Source of the DNA: Massalongia carnosa
Taxonomy: Eukaryota
Assembly: GCA_965645245.1 (NCBI GenBank)
Contig: OZ287081.1
Location: 310,001 to 374,000 of the forward strand
Direction of reading: 5' to 3'
DNA: 64,000 nt
Shown here: in pieces, positions 20,437-32,924 of the stretch
Layout: every line of letters begins with the position of its first letter
How positions within the stretch are numbered: position 1 is the stretch's first letter
The notes under the pieces: generated by a model
Databases searched by the model: none
Told to the model about the DNA's origin: nothing
What the model saw: only the letters and a program-made list of their open reading frames with translations
Program-made: the position numbers and the translations under genes

Positions 20437-21828
20437 ATTGGCAGCTATGGGAGGCCTACAGCATCACTGTTATGTGACTGCTTATTTTTTGTGACTGCTA
20501 TAAAAGCAGGAAGATAGCCCACATAAATAATTACCTTCAATGAAAAGCATGCTATTATACCTACACGCGAATCATCATATTCATCAGTCACAGTAGGTGA
20601 GCCTGTCGACGCGGTGAGCTGCCGAGGCATGGAGGATGTTCTCACTCTCGGTGACGGTGCGCGGTTTGCAGACATAAAGTCCTCATTGTTGGGAAGGGAT
20701 TATGCAGCCGAGTGCGAGAGCGATTCACAATCCTGCATATTCTTACTGAGGGCCTATCAGGATTTAACGGACCATCGATACAGCGGAGGAGGAATGCGTA
20801 GACGGTTCTCGCCTCTAGTGGGCAATATAAACGCTGCATATCATACATTTCCCCAGCAGAAAACCTGAAGATAAGGCGGAAGGCGGGTCGGATTTCAGGA
20901 ATTCATAGAACCCACTTAAAACGCAAGCCTTGTACTTCTAATAGTCTTAAAAGATCACTTCACGAGCTTCACTTTCTTCTGAGAGATTAAGAAAGCAGTG
21001 GTATGTACTCATACTCAGTTCTACATCCTGGATGCGGCCCGATAAGAAGTAAGCTGTAAGGCGAAAGTTTCCCCAATAAATTGCATCACCAACTCGATCT
21101 CTCTCTCTCCGTCATTGGAGCCCTACGCTGCCGCCAGCAACGGAAAGCACAATGCCCCGCAGATCCCGTGTCTGATGTTGAAGATTCGTTAATCCATCGA
21201 GAGCCTCGGCAGAGCTCAAGCTAGGCCAGAGTTCATTGGGAAACTCAGGCGCTTTTCATGAGCCGAGTAGTTCGAGGTCGGCTAGAAACTCGAAGTCAAG
21301 GCGCTCGTTGAAGGACGAGAGCGAGGATAAGAAAAAGTCGACTTGCAATGGGGAATGTGTGTCTGGTGAGAACACATACGGATTCGGGTTAGGATGATCG
21401 ATTGGTACTTGATGTAGAAGACTGCTGGGAAATGCTGTTATAGCGGGTTATGGAGCAACTTCGACGTGCCCTATGCTGGAGCTGTAACATACTGGCTTGC
21501 TCTCTCTCTTTCTCCTCTCGGTCCTTCTAGGAAGACTCCGGGCAATAGCCATGGCAGACAGCTCCTCTCGACTCGCAGTTCAGGAACGGAGGACCGCCTT
21601 CGTTGCACTTCTTCCGCCGAAGCCGACATGTCCATTCATGATATTTGAATATTTAGTTACCCTGCTTTCGGGCTTTAGGCGTACAGGGTAGTAGTTTAAT
21701 TACCCGATCTAGTCTAGCGGCTTGGCATTAAATAGCTTATATAAAACGACCAATCCTGTTCGTTCATTCATCACACAATGGGTTATTTCTGGGTATTCGT
21801 ACTTCTACATTGATCATTTGTTCTCAAT

Positions 21829-23286
21829 ATGTCTACACCACGGCGTTCTCCAGAAGTACAAGCTCTGAGGCGGCAGACGGCCTATGTGAATTTCTCATCA
21901 CCGCTCACACCAAGCCGTGCATCTCAATTATCCCTTGCATCACCTACCAACTTAACCTTCAAAAGAAATGCTTGGGCTAAGATTGAAGAAGGTTTTGGAT
22001 CTCGCCATCTGCACGACACTGCTCCATTTAGCTTATGGGACCAGGATGAGAAGGAATTCCGTGGCCCCACCAATCTTGAAAGGGCCTGGATTTTTAGCTG
22101 TTACCATGCAACAGCCGTGGATCTACATTGGCCAGTTATCGTCATTGAGACCGCATGTCCACCCAGCCCGCTGCCCGTGACAGTTGCATGTGTGGCCGCT
22201 ATATTTGTCCCTCCACCCGATCCATCAATGGGTGACGGAGTTCATCCGTCCTTGGCATACCGTCCATCAATGATTACGGTCAACACCAGTTTTGCTAGTC
22301 CCCGTGTTCCTGATCCTATCAGCGCGTACAAGCTTGAGGCATGGAAGATTCCAACACGCAAGCAGCAAGAGGATGTCCTTCGCGTCCTGCATACTTTGAT
22401 GAACCTTAAGAGAGTCAGCTTCCTGTGGCCGTATATCATAGTGGAGCTTCATGTTGATGATCGCGCTTACAGCACTCATTCTCTTCCCGGCAGAATCGCT
22501 GGCTGCACCACGGTTTATCATCACTGCGATATTCCCTTTTGGCAAGACATGACACCTCGCACAAGAGAACGTCTAATAGATCCCAAGTCAGGCGTACAAG
22601 ACACCACTAATTACCTAGAAGATGGCAGTCGTGACCTTACCCCGGGTGTACGAGTGGAGTCTGCCCCATTTACCGACATAGGACCTTATGCGACGGTGTC
22701 GTGTTCCACCACTGCTGGCGTTGCTCTAAGACATCTAGATGGTCAAGTAAGAGTGACCGTAGCAAACCATGGTTTTCCTCAATCTAACGTGGTTTTCCAT
22801 CCTACCACCAGTTGCTGCCGAATAGGCGAGATAACCGAACGCTGGCCTGTCCAAGATGTCGCTCTGGTAAAGCTAGACCCCTCGACTAGATTTAACAATT
22901 TACACTATTTCGAGGCTCAAATGCCAATGCGGCTCTTACGTTCAGATGACTTGGAAAGATCGAAAATTGGCAAATGGTTTAGTGTGGATGGCATGTCGAC
23001 TGGACTCATCTTTCTCTTCCTGCAGGGTGTCTCGCTTTATCAAGCGTGCCGCCCGATCTACCCGAGACCGATTGAGATTGATTTTACCGGTTGGCTTTCG
23101 GAAAGCCTTTTCCGGATGACAGGGCCAACCGGAGGTAATACAAAGGATGGAGTATGTGGAGCGCCCATAGTGGAAGACGACCCTGAGATGGGCGGTGTTG
23201 CGGGATTCTTTCAACTTGCAAACAGCGACTTTTGTCTAAGTCCAGTGCTCGATGAAATCATCGATCGGAAATGGTCTTTGCTGTAG
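21829..23286 (+). CDS. Hypothetical protein with C-terminal trypsin-like protease domain (Cys at nucleophile position)
   Basis: 485-aa intronless ORF with motifs TVANHGF, DVALVKL and DGVCGAPIV in His-Asp-nucleophile order. Confidence 0.7.
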   Translation: MSTPRRSPEVQALRRQTAYVNFSSPLTPSRASQLSLASPTNLTFKRNAWAKIEEGFGSRHLHDTAPFSLWDQDEKEFRGPTNLERAWIFSCYHATAVDLHWPVIVIETACPPSPLPVTVACVAAIFVPPPDPSMGDGVHPSLAYRPSMITVNTSFASPRVPDPISAYKLEAWKIPTRKQQEDVLRVLHTLMNLKRVSFLWPYIIVELHVDDRAYSTHSLPGRIAGCTTVYHHCDIPFWQDMTPRTRERLIDPKSGVQDTTNYLEDGSRDLTPGVRVESAPFTDIGPYATVSCSTTAGVALRHLDGQVRVTVANHGFPQSNVVFHPTTSCCRIGEITERWPVQDVALVKLDPSTRFNNLHYFEAQMPMRLLRSDDLERSKIGKWFSVDGMSTGLIFLFLQGVSLYQACRPIYPRPIEIDFTGWLSESLFRMTGPTGGNTKDGVCGAPIVEDDPEMGGVAGFFQLANSDFCLSPVLDEIIDRKWSLL

Positions 23287-24025
23287 ATCTCTATGTCCAT
23301 TTAGCAATTATTCTACTATTAATCTTGTCAAGAAACCAGATCCCAACCGAGTCCAAACTCGGTATCATTACCGCTATGGAGGAGGGACTACTACTTTGGA
23401 GGAGGTATTAGGTAAAGTTAACCTTCTTGAATGACTTTCGTCTCTAACGAATCTTAGTTGGACTCGAACATTTACAAAGCCTTAACATTCGAGATAAACT
23501 AATAGTGCTTGAGGTTTTATGGCATGACGGACCTGAGTTGAGTAGGGGTGCTTTAACGCTTTGCAAGAGTTCTGATCTCGGGCTTTGTAAATTCGAGAAC
23601 ACACTCGTCCTCGGCATTACTCATAACGGCCGCCTCGATAAGCCTTGATGTAACACATTTTTGTAGCGTCTCAGCCATCCAATAACTGATCTCCCATTTA
23701 ACAAACTTCAACGGTTAGATCCGCTCTTGACTACTTCTTTGTAATAGTTTTAACTCGTGTCTCCAGCCCAAGTAATTAAAGCCATCCATCCACCTTTCCC
23801 ACCGAAATTTGCCTCACGATCCATAGAAAACAGATTTCCATCTTATCAATATTATAGAATTCAAGCACTTGGTTTCACGCGTATCTTTCAATCATCTCTT
23901 CAAGTTTTGGACAGTTTAGAACAACTTCAGCGTACCAAAAAATATGCATCTTGTTTAAACGAAATATGCAACGTAATTAAAAAATGCTGATAACTTGATG
24001 AAATCAGACAAAGTCGACCGTGACG

Positions 24026-25918
24026 TTAGACGTTCCTATCTTGCTGCTCGCTCTTATTCTTTTCAGCGGTGATATTCCGTTTCTTGCGGAGCCACAATCG
24101 GACCCTTGACCGGAAATCTCTTTCCTGCGGACTCTGAATGCCCTTTTCGATGTATTCCCGCATCTTCCGGATGCCGCGCTGATAGTCCAAATCGACGGGT
24201 CCGTCTCTTTTCTTAGAACGCTGTATGTCGCCGCCGATGACTACCGTGGTCTGCCATCCACCGAGGCATTGACGATCGAAGCTGCTGTTATCGGCTATTT
24301 TAGCAAGCCATTTGCAAATCCTTGACCTGTCGCCGAGGAACCCCCTGTCTCCCTGAACGGGGTCAAACATCGCCTTGCGCGGACAGTTTTCGTGGCAGGG
24401 AATCTGGCGGTCATATTCTAAGTGGAGACGTCGACCGTTTTCGGTCATGGTAACAAGTGTACACCAGGCGACATTGATCCCGGCTCTGTCTTGGTCATTG
24501 CCGCGGGACCCAAGCGGCCATACAGTTTCGACCCAGCATTCATCATGCACATCGTCCTCCAACTCGTTGTTCCTTTCCGCGTAAGGCATTTGAGTCATAA
24601 CGAATGGCACAATTAACTCGTCTTCGTTATTATTCTTGGGCTTGTAGAGGGCCATCCGAAAAAACTCTACGGCATCGTCATCCGGATTTACCCACCGTCT
24701 GAGAATGAGTCGATGGAAGTCTAGCTGGAATAAGGGGCATATTTCAGCATCAATTGGTATCAGATCAGTATCTTTCCTCCAAGCTGCGATATGGAGGATA
24801 TCTTGCAAAGGAGTGGTTGTAAGGTATTTGAGAGCCCAACCGGGCATTTGCCAGGCTTTCCCAGCAAAGGTATTGCAAATCAGCTCGCTCAACGTGATTT
24901 TGTTAGATCCTGTAACGTTCAACTCGGCCACCTCCCAAGTGGCAACCGAAGGATCATCAAAGGAGGGATTGAAGACCCAATATCCTAAGCGAGCTGCTGC
25001 TAATGCTCCTTGGCAGCCGATCCATGTAAGTGCCTGTTTCGACGATGCTTCTTTAAGAATTGAATACTGGCATAAATATGAAGTTGCAGCAAAGGCAGAC
25101 AGAAGAAGCATAGAGCCCTTCATAACCCTAGTCTCGATGAAGGTAGTGTTGCCCTTAAAATGAAGTACATCCCAATCCTTACGCCGGACCTGAAGGAGAT
25201 TAAGGATCATCTGATGATTAGGAATGTCTCCATGTAAACCGTCCCATCTTTCGACATTCAATTGACTTCCTGGACGATTGAGTTGTCTGTCGTACCAAAG
25301 TGGAAGAGCAAGAAGCATGATTAAGCACATCTGTAACCCCGGAATAGCAACGATCTTCACCCAATTCCATCTTGCATGGACGATCTCTAGAAGCCAGGTC
25401 GTTAGTCCAGAACAGACAACTAACATCAAGGTGATCAATCCCAGACTTTGCTTGAAAGCTGTTTCGCCTCTGAGATTGCCTAAATTGATGAGAATCTGGT
25501 TCCGGGGACGGGGAAGATTTGAACCAAGGGCAACTATCGGTGTTGTCGCTTCACTAAAATACCGCTCGGATTTGGTGATCTTCATTCCTTGAGACGAAAT
25601 CTGTACCACCGCAAAATCACAGTGAACCAGAGGTCCTGAAGCTGCGGATTCTCCCGGCAGGAAACCGAAGATCCCTCGGACCGAGTCGAGGTTGAAGCCG
25701 GCGGACGAACAGTAATCGAGCCCTAACGCGAGTTTGATAGAGCTCTTGACCAGGCCTAATATTCCCAACAGTGACAGTGAAGAGGCGACTACGGAGCCCC
25801 ATCCTAAATGGGAGGCTAGAGCATTCCTCTCGATACCATCGGTAGCAAACAGTCCAAGAAGTGCAGCGAGGTCCTGAGACCCGCTGGCAAGAGCACTTGC
25901 CGTAGAATCAGACATAGT
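24026..25918 (-). CDS. Multi-pass membrane protein of unknown function
   Basis: ~630-aa ORF with several hydrophobic segments in the N-terminal half and a hydrophilic C-terminus. Confidence 0.75.
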   Translation of the reverse strand, partial: TMSDSTASALASGSQDLAALLGLFATDGIERNALASHLGWGSVVASSLSLLGILGLVKSSIKLALGLDYCSSAGFNLDSVRGIFGFLPGESAASGPLVHCDFAVVQISSQGMKITKSERYFSEATTPIVALGSNLPRPRNQILINLGNLRGETAFKQSLGLITLMLVVCSGLTTWLLEIVHARWNWVKIVAIPGLQMCLIMLLALPLWYDRQLNRPGSQLNVERWDGLHGDIPNHQMILNLLQVRRKDWDVLHFKGNTTFIETRVMKGSMLLLSAFAATSYLCQYSILKEASSKQALTWIGCQGALAAARLGYWVFNPSFDDPSVATWEVAELNVTGSNKITLSELICNTFAGKAWQMPGWALKYLTTTPLQDILHIAAWRKDTDLIPIDAEICPLFQLDFHRLILRRWVNPDDDAVEFFRMALYKPKNNNEDELIVPFVMTQMPYAERNNELEDDVHDECWVETVWPLGSRGNDQDRAGINVAWCTLVTMTENGRRLHLEYDRQIPCHENCPRKAMFDPVQGDRGFLGDRSRICKWLAKIADNSSFDRQCLGGWQTTVVIGGDIQRSKKRDGPVDLDYQRGIRKMREYIEKGIQSPQERDFRSRVRLWLRKKRNITAEKNKSEQQDRNV

Positions 25919-28199
25919 AGAGAAATGCAAACGCTTTATTTACCTCAGAAATAGATGCAAGACTCGGCGGCAGTAAAGACTTGAATGCAGCAACAAGAAT
26001 TTGTACAGCCTGGCGGGTGCGGCGTTTGCACAAACATGATAACAAAGATATCTTCAACGCCCCGCTTGCGATTCTGGGTGAGCCGGTGTTGCTTTACTAT
26101 GAGCCAATGAAGAATGCTTGTAGTATTCCTGAGCCCAGCGAATCCTGATCTGCGTGGGGCAGTGCAGAGGCACAGCATGAGGAAGCTTGAAGTGAGGGCC
26201 ATGAGCTTGACTTTTGAATGGAGCATTTTGACACTCGTAGCTGCCAATTGCTTACACTCGGTTATGTATTCATAAAGCGACTTAGAATTGATATTGCTCG
26301 AGTCGCTCCAAATGTTAGAAACAAGCCTAAACAAACACGCAGAAATATGTAAACGGGTTGACTATGTACTCTGTACTTTACCAACGAATACCCGCAACTT
26401 GGCCCTACAAATTTCCCAGACGATCCGACGTCAACTCTGACGAATCATGGGCGATACATACATTAGAGTCGTCAACAATTCACTGCGAATTACCACAATG
26501 AGTTCTTGGCCACGCCTCATAGATTTCCGGCCGGGAGCAAACCAAGCTCCTACGACTGGAGTCAGAGTGGAAGCCATGAGGAGCACTGACATGAGTAAGT
26601 GAGTGGCTTTCAAGTTTGATTCCCTAGAGCTGTATCAACCATTCCTAGTCACGTAACACAAGCATTCCCATCGTGGCGGTTATGTTGCCGCTGCGAGAGA
26701 CCTAATGTAAACAGCACCAGCAACTTTCAGCATCACGCCTTTCGTCTCTACAGCACCTCATACAGACAAGTCCTCCACATCATCCCTGTCACAATGTTGT
26801 CTCTGGTCGATATGGTGACACAATTACAAACACTACAGACAGGATGGCGATGGACGATATTACTCATCAGACCTTTAGCCATCCGAGCAAACCCATGAAA
26901 GGAAGTACATGAATCCCAACACTTACACTATGTTCGCCGAATGGCATTCCAATAAACCTAGAGTGCAATACCGGCCTCTATGTTGAATCTTTTGAGGTAA
27001 GACCTATGGTATGAGCAACATGGATTAGTCTTGAGGATGAACTTATTTCGGATGGGTTCAAGCCAGACTTATTCTAGGACTTTTTTTTTCTGCTGACTTT
27101 TCATGACAGGAAACATAATGATTGCTCATCTGCTGATCGGCATTTTAATTACAAGATTATAAAAAATAAAGATCCTTTTCTAATGATTCATGTCAGAGAT
27201 GTCTGCTGCTCATGTCCGCACAGTTAAAGACGTTTGTGATTTTGCAGTTAGTAGCGGAGAACTTGATGTATCCTCAAATGTCCCGTCCATAACGGCATAT
27301 TCCTTCCCAAAGCAAATCCCCAATGCTCAGCCTGTAATAGATTACAGAATATATCCTGCCATAAGCTGCGCCTTACGGTATCGTTCTTACAGGCCCTGTT
27401 AGTCGACAGCGAGGAACCAACGAGTGGGCGTAATCATATCTGATGCCAAATGGCTGAACATCACCAGGCTGTGCTTAGGATCCCTCCCTTGCTTTCCATA
27501 TTGTTGCGGCGGATGATCAGTCTGCTTGGCCAATGGCAGGTTCTCTTTCAAGCACTTTCAAGAGTGGCCGTGGCTGATGCGAGCGAGCGAGCTGAGATAG
27601 AGTCCCCGGTTGCATGTCCGAGCCAAAGGCTTCGGAGACTAGGGAGAATCTACGCAGTTCCTTCAGTCGTGCCCAGATAGGTATGCCAGGGAGCAGAAAA
27701 AAGCAAATCGGTCGAGTGGGCCATAAATGCCCTTCCTAGTTTGGATTCGATATTATAGTTGTAGTTCGCAGGCTTTATCATGTGGCTGAGTATATGATAT
27801 ATATAATTATTATTTATGGTTGGCCAAATCTTCCCTCGCTGCTACCATGCTAGCGCTCGGTTTTTCTGAGGCTACTTCTATGACGGCTTTAGTTTTGATA
27901 GCGGTAGAGCGAAAAACTCTGTTTTCTATTAGGCTAAAGTGGATGAATGAGAATAAAATTATTTGGTGCTGAACTCCGATTCGATGACGATAATAAGAAT
28001 ACCAAAATTCCACCTATTTATGCTTTTATCCCTCTTCTTTTTGAGCATGAACCCTTTCGGCCTTCGGATGTTGTCGGCTCTATATTCACGGCCTACCTAT
28101 CACTCGATCTCAGCATGACCTTTCACCCTAGCCAGATTTCTCAAAGAGTGTATCCATCTCACGAGGTTCACTCCTTCCGGAACCAGAGCTTACAGAACC

Positions 28200-29057
28200 C
28201 TCAGAGGATGTAGACTGTTGATGACGTGATAGTCGACTAATTGGCCGGAGATGTGGGAGGACTTTTGTCTCCATCGGGATCGCGATGCGAATGCCTATTA
28301 ATTCAACCTAGAAATGATTTTCTGTAAGCCTTTTCCAATTGCTCACTCTTCGGAGTTCCGCCATAATTTCGCTGAAGGAGATAGAGGTCTCCTCAGCTTG
28401 GCCGACTCGCCGCGCAAGCTTGTCTGCCAGTCTTCAAGTGAACGTGCAATTTTGTACACGAATGAGATAAAAATATTTCCGACAGCTTTCTATTTCATTC
28501 CCACAGACGCAAGGATTTCAACCCTGCATTCAATCGCCCTGATTCCAAATTTTGCAAGACCGCTGTAGCATAAGTCTAAGAATAATAATCACATCAGCAT
28601 TTTGAAAAGCCTCCTTCTTCGGCAAAGCTCAAGAATCTTCCATGAAGCAAGCAGAAGCAGATGATACGTCGAACTCAAGCTCATCTCCGGCTCCCGTACC
28701 AAAATGCCCAGCATAATACCCTATCGCTAGCACCCGCCCGTTGGTGTTTAGCACTTTGTTTACGAGTTTGTCAATCATAGTCGTAACGATCTCCCTAGTC
28801 TCTAGTCTATCGTCACATTCACAAGCATCTAATACCTCGGATAAGCCCAGAATCTTCAATATACTCTGAAAATACGCAGTGCCATGAAAAGCCGAAGTAT
28901 CATCCGCCTCAAACCGCATCGAGAAGCAGTAAGTTTGCGCATAATAGCGCCCAACCTGAGAAACAGTGTCCTCGAGGACGCCACGGAGACCTTCAAGCTC
29001 GGTCTTTTCATTATCTAACGCGTGGGCCTCAGCGGAAGAGATCACTCGGCTTTCCAT
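28200..29057 (-). pseudogene. Caspase/peptidase C14-like pseudogene (left limit approximate)
   Basis: VLAIGYYAGH, then after a stop and frameshift DVIII-LDLCYSG...RVEILAS, matching His/Cys dyad contexts. Confidence 0.6.
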
Positions 29058-30122
29058 AGCAGCCCTGGTGGTAGAAAGCTGCAGTGGATAAACGAAACAA
29101 ATATATGATTCATATTGATGTGCTAGGATCTCCGGTAGATGATCGGTTCTAGAAAATCCTTAGGATGTGCATATATGAACTGGGGAGCGATTGAAAATGA
29201 TGGGTTGTGCAGAATTTGGTAAGGAATATGGAACGAGGTGGGCAGAGAGCGTGATATAAAAGAAACTGGTAGGTGATAGGAGAGAAAGAAGCTTGGCATT
29301 TTGATATAGAATGCTAAGGATGAGTGAGGTGTGATATAAGAATAACGAGAAATAGTACCGTTACATTACTACCCACGCTACCATTTTGAATTTTTATACA
29401 TACTATATACGAAGAAGAAATTGATGGATAGTGGAAGATGTGCGAGATGGAAAGAGCAAGATGATGTGTAAGAATGGTTGGGAGTAAGGATTGACTTTTA
29501 AAAACGAGGAAAACTGTGGTTTGATGCGATTGAGGGTTGATGAATCCACAAGCAAAGATCAGCAACTCACTCAAGCACATGTAAGTCAAGATCAACATAA
29601 AGGTGAAAGTGAGGAGTTTATCTGTACTGTGTATACAAGATTATTTCAGGGTAGTATAAAAAGCAAGCACTCCTGGGCGACACACGTACGAGTACTCTAC
29701 CACGGCGGGTGAATGTAAAAATGACAACGTGTAGAAATAAATGTACGTTTAGGTTTTCCGACTTGTTAAGTGAAAGCGCAGATTTGATGTTCTGAAATAA
29801 CACCATATCTTATTCAATGATGTTGAATTCATGGTGATTTTTTTATGTGATTTTATTGTAGTTTAATATGATTTAATCATATGTAAAGGGGTGGGTGACG
29901 CGAACAAGATTTTGGGGTTGTCATTTTTTGGGAGGCTGTAAAACTCAGAGGTTTTCTATTTTCCATACCATTTAGCTGCCGCAGCCAATTAGTAAGCTGG
30001 CACATGACCAAATCTCGTAAATATTAATGTCGCGTCTTCCAACCGTAATTCTCATCCCCTGGTTATCCCTTATTATCACTTTTCTCATACCTCGCTGCTC
30101 TCATTTATTGAGGCTATTCAAG

Positions 30123-32390
30123 ATGTCTTCGTACTTAGATACCACCAAGCCCGAAAGCGACGTCGACAGTCAGCTAGATAGTCAGCTGGATAGTCAGCTC
30201 ACCGTCGCCAGAGGATCTTCTCGCTCCGCTTCGACCCCTATTTCCACTGTCTTGGCTCTACCTTCTCATCTGGTCTCGATGCGTCAGCTTGTCTTTGCAT
30301 TAGATGCACCAATAACTTGGACTGCGGATAATTATGCTTCATACTGGCCGTTTATGGACAACATCTGGGTGCATAATCACACGGAGCCTATTACCAAGAA
30401 GAGAACTCAAAAATCATATTGGTTTTGCAGACTTTGGAAGCAAGATGCTGACATTAAAAGTCAAGGTTCAGGACGACGTGCTAAACGAATGCGGTTAACT
30501 GATGCTTGCTCTATAAAGCTGGCTATGATCAAACAATTTGATGAGATCAATGAATTGTTGACGGTGACTTTGAGTCGTCACGTCAACAAGAAGCTTGACG
30601 ACTCAGTTAATCAGCTGCAACATAATCACATTTTGGAGGTTGTGGACAATATCAAAATCAACTCCGCCATCAGACTGACGGCTGGTAAAGAGGTGGCAAA
30701 AGGATATACCCCGGGAGACGTCAATCGAAACATGCAGGGCGTTAGATGGGAAGGGAATCTTGAAGCTTTGAAACAGGCCGGGGGGTCAAATTTCAACTTT
30801 CAAACCGTATATAATGCTGGAAGAAGCTTTAAAAAGCAGAATCCTGATGCACGAATTCAGGGAGCTAGGGAGTCATGGATTAATCAATTGAATAGCTGTT
30901 TTGATGCATTGCAGGCATTGGGTGAAGATGTTCTAGCTGCAAAGCTTGAAATAACTCGTCTCATTGATAGAGAAAGATCACATGCAATAGCATTTGCAAA
31001 AAGATCTCGGTTATCAGTATTGATGAAACGTGGACATCTGACATTGATGGACAGTACTCATAACACCAATCAGCTAAAATGGAAGTTATTTACATTGATG
31101 ATTCGTGACGAATGTGGAAGCTGGATTCCCGGAGCCCACATGCTGAGTAGTAACGAGGACGGTGACATTATAGGAGAGTTTCTTCGTCAGATTAAGCGAT
31201 GGTCTAGAGCTTGGAGACTTCGATACATTATCACCGACGATTCTGCAGCTGAACAGCGAGGGGTCAGTCTTGCATTTCGAGGGTTGATCGACGGGGAGAT
31301 GGAGGTTACTCATCTACTTTGTCGGACTCACTCCGAGCGTACCCTGAATCGAAAATTGGTCGGTCCCAATTGCAAAAATGCAAAAAAGCATTTGTATGAT
31401 GCTCTATATTTCAGAAAAACGAAGCTCGGATGCGATGATAGTCTCAAAAAGGCATTGGCAGCTGCCCCTGAAGAAAAACGTCAATATATAGATCGAGAAT
31501 GGGTGCAGACTAAATCCAAATGGGCTAATTACGCACGTCAGCATTCATGCATTTTACTGCAGTGCATGACGACTAATGCGGTAGAATCCTGGCACGCATC
31601 TATTAAAAAGCATGCTGACGGTGAGACTATTTCTTGAGCTTCATTCGTCATACTAATTAGTACTGTAGGTAAAGCGCATTTCATGACTTTTTCTCTGATC
31701 GGGGCTGCAAGCCATGTGATTCGAATCGGGGATCAATGGGAAAATCGAGCCCGCAGCGAAGAGGCTAATTTTCGTACTACTATGACTCCCGAATGTCAGG
31801 AATGCCCATATCTTCGAAAATTTCCCTATCCCGTGCAAATGCTCATAGTTGATCAATGGAAGCTAGCCGCTAGAAGTTTAGCAGACGGTGATGAGCCGGC
31901 AGGTGAGCTGCCTGATGAGCTAATCTGTCCTGTAGACTGTCTATTTTGGCGTCAGTATCAACTCCCATGCAGACACTTGTGGCACTATAACATCGTTTTC
32001 GACGCGTTTCAGGAAGTCAATTGGACAGTCTGGGCGGAGATGTTTGAGGATAGCGGCTTCGAGGTGTATGAAACGTCGACTAGGCTGGATTTTGATCATC
32101 ACGAGGAGGTAGAAAGATCGGATCGACATATGCTACAGATGAGAGAGGTTTTGGACGCAATTAAAGACAAATACCACGAAATAGCCGAGTACACCGCCGA
32201 ATGGACTGCCGAGGAAAGAAATCCACAAATAAAGCGATGGCTAGACTGGTTGGAGAAGTTGACTGGACCAATCAGAAGACGGGGGGTGGAGGAGGCCTTG
32301 CAGGAGTTGGAAGATGAGGAGATGACGCCGCTGGCGATGATGATGGCGGCGGAGGAGAGTAGGAATCGTCGGCGGGATGATGACGAATAA
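30123..32390 (+). CDS. MULE DDE transposase with SWIM zinc finger (intron 31621-31668)
   Basis: LMDSTHNTN, ITDDSAAE, LCRTH, TTNAVESWH and C..DC......LPCRH. A GTGAGA...TACTAAT...TAG intron joins the two ORFs in frame. Confidence 0.9.
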
Positions 32391-32427
32391 AGAGGGAAAT
32401 AGGGGGGATTTTATTAGGGGCCGCGGG

Positions 32428-32495
32428 GAAATTTTTTTATGTGGGCAGCGGCGGGAATTTTTATGTGGGCAGCGGCGAGAATTTTTATGTGGGCG
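32428..32495 (+). repeat. Short tandem repeat (GAATTTTTATGTGGGCAGCGGCG-like, ~3 copies) inside the MULE
   Basis: Directly visible. Confidence 0.7.
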
Positions 32496-32710
32496 CCGGG
32501 GGGGCGCCGGGGGAGGGTTCTATGTCGGCGAGTTGAATAACTTCAAAACTTGGCGACAGCAGGGTGAGTTGGTATGTAGGGAGATGTAGGTAGGGAGGGG
32601 TAGGTAGGGGTAGGATGCTTATTAAGCGGCTGCGGCAGCTAAAAGATACAAAACCTCTGAGTTATACAGTCACCCTCATTTTTTTGTCATCACGTCCCCT
32701 TTTTCTTTTT

Positions 32711-32924
32711 AATACCTTCTATGTTATGTACCTTCTTTCGCAATCCCTTTCACAATTTCTTTGCATTTACATCAATATTGCTGATTAACCATGGTTTTAT
32801 TTCATGATATGATCGACTTGCAACGTGATAAATTAAATAAATTATGATTTCTCTGACGTGTTTGATTATAATCATGATAGGGGTTACAAATGGGTTGCGA
32901 AAGGAGGTACATAGGAGGTAAATA
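32711..32924. repeat. AT-rich segment with imperfect ~35-bp inverted ends (MITE-like)
   Basis: TATGTACCTTCTTTCGCAATCC versus GGGTTGCGAAAGGAGGTACATA. Confidence 0.45.

Larger units (their letters stand above)
29888..32699 (+). mobile_element. Mutator-like element with apparently intact transposase
   Basis: Imperfect TIRs (CTGTA.AACTCAGAGGTTTT...TTTAGCTGCCGCAGCC at both ends); exact ends and TSD unresolved. Confidence 0.85.

Noticed and set aside
20445..21800. Coding-looking fragments (also 23400-24000, 26400-27700, 53400-54470)
   Set aside because: Probably decayed genes, but I could not identify a family.
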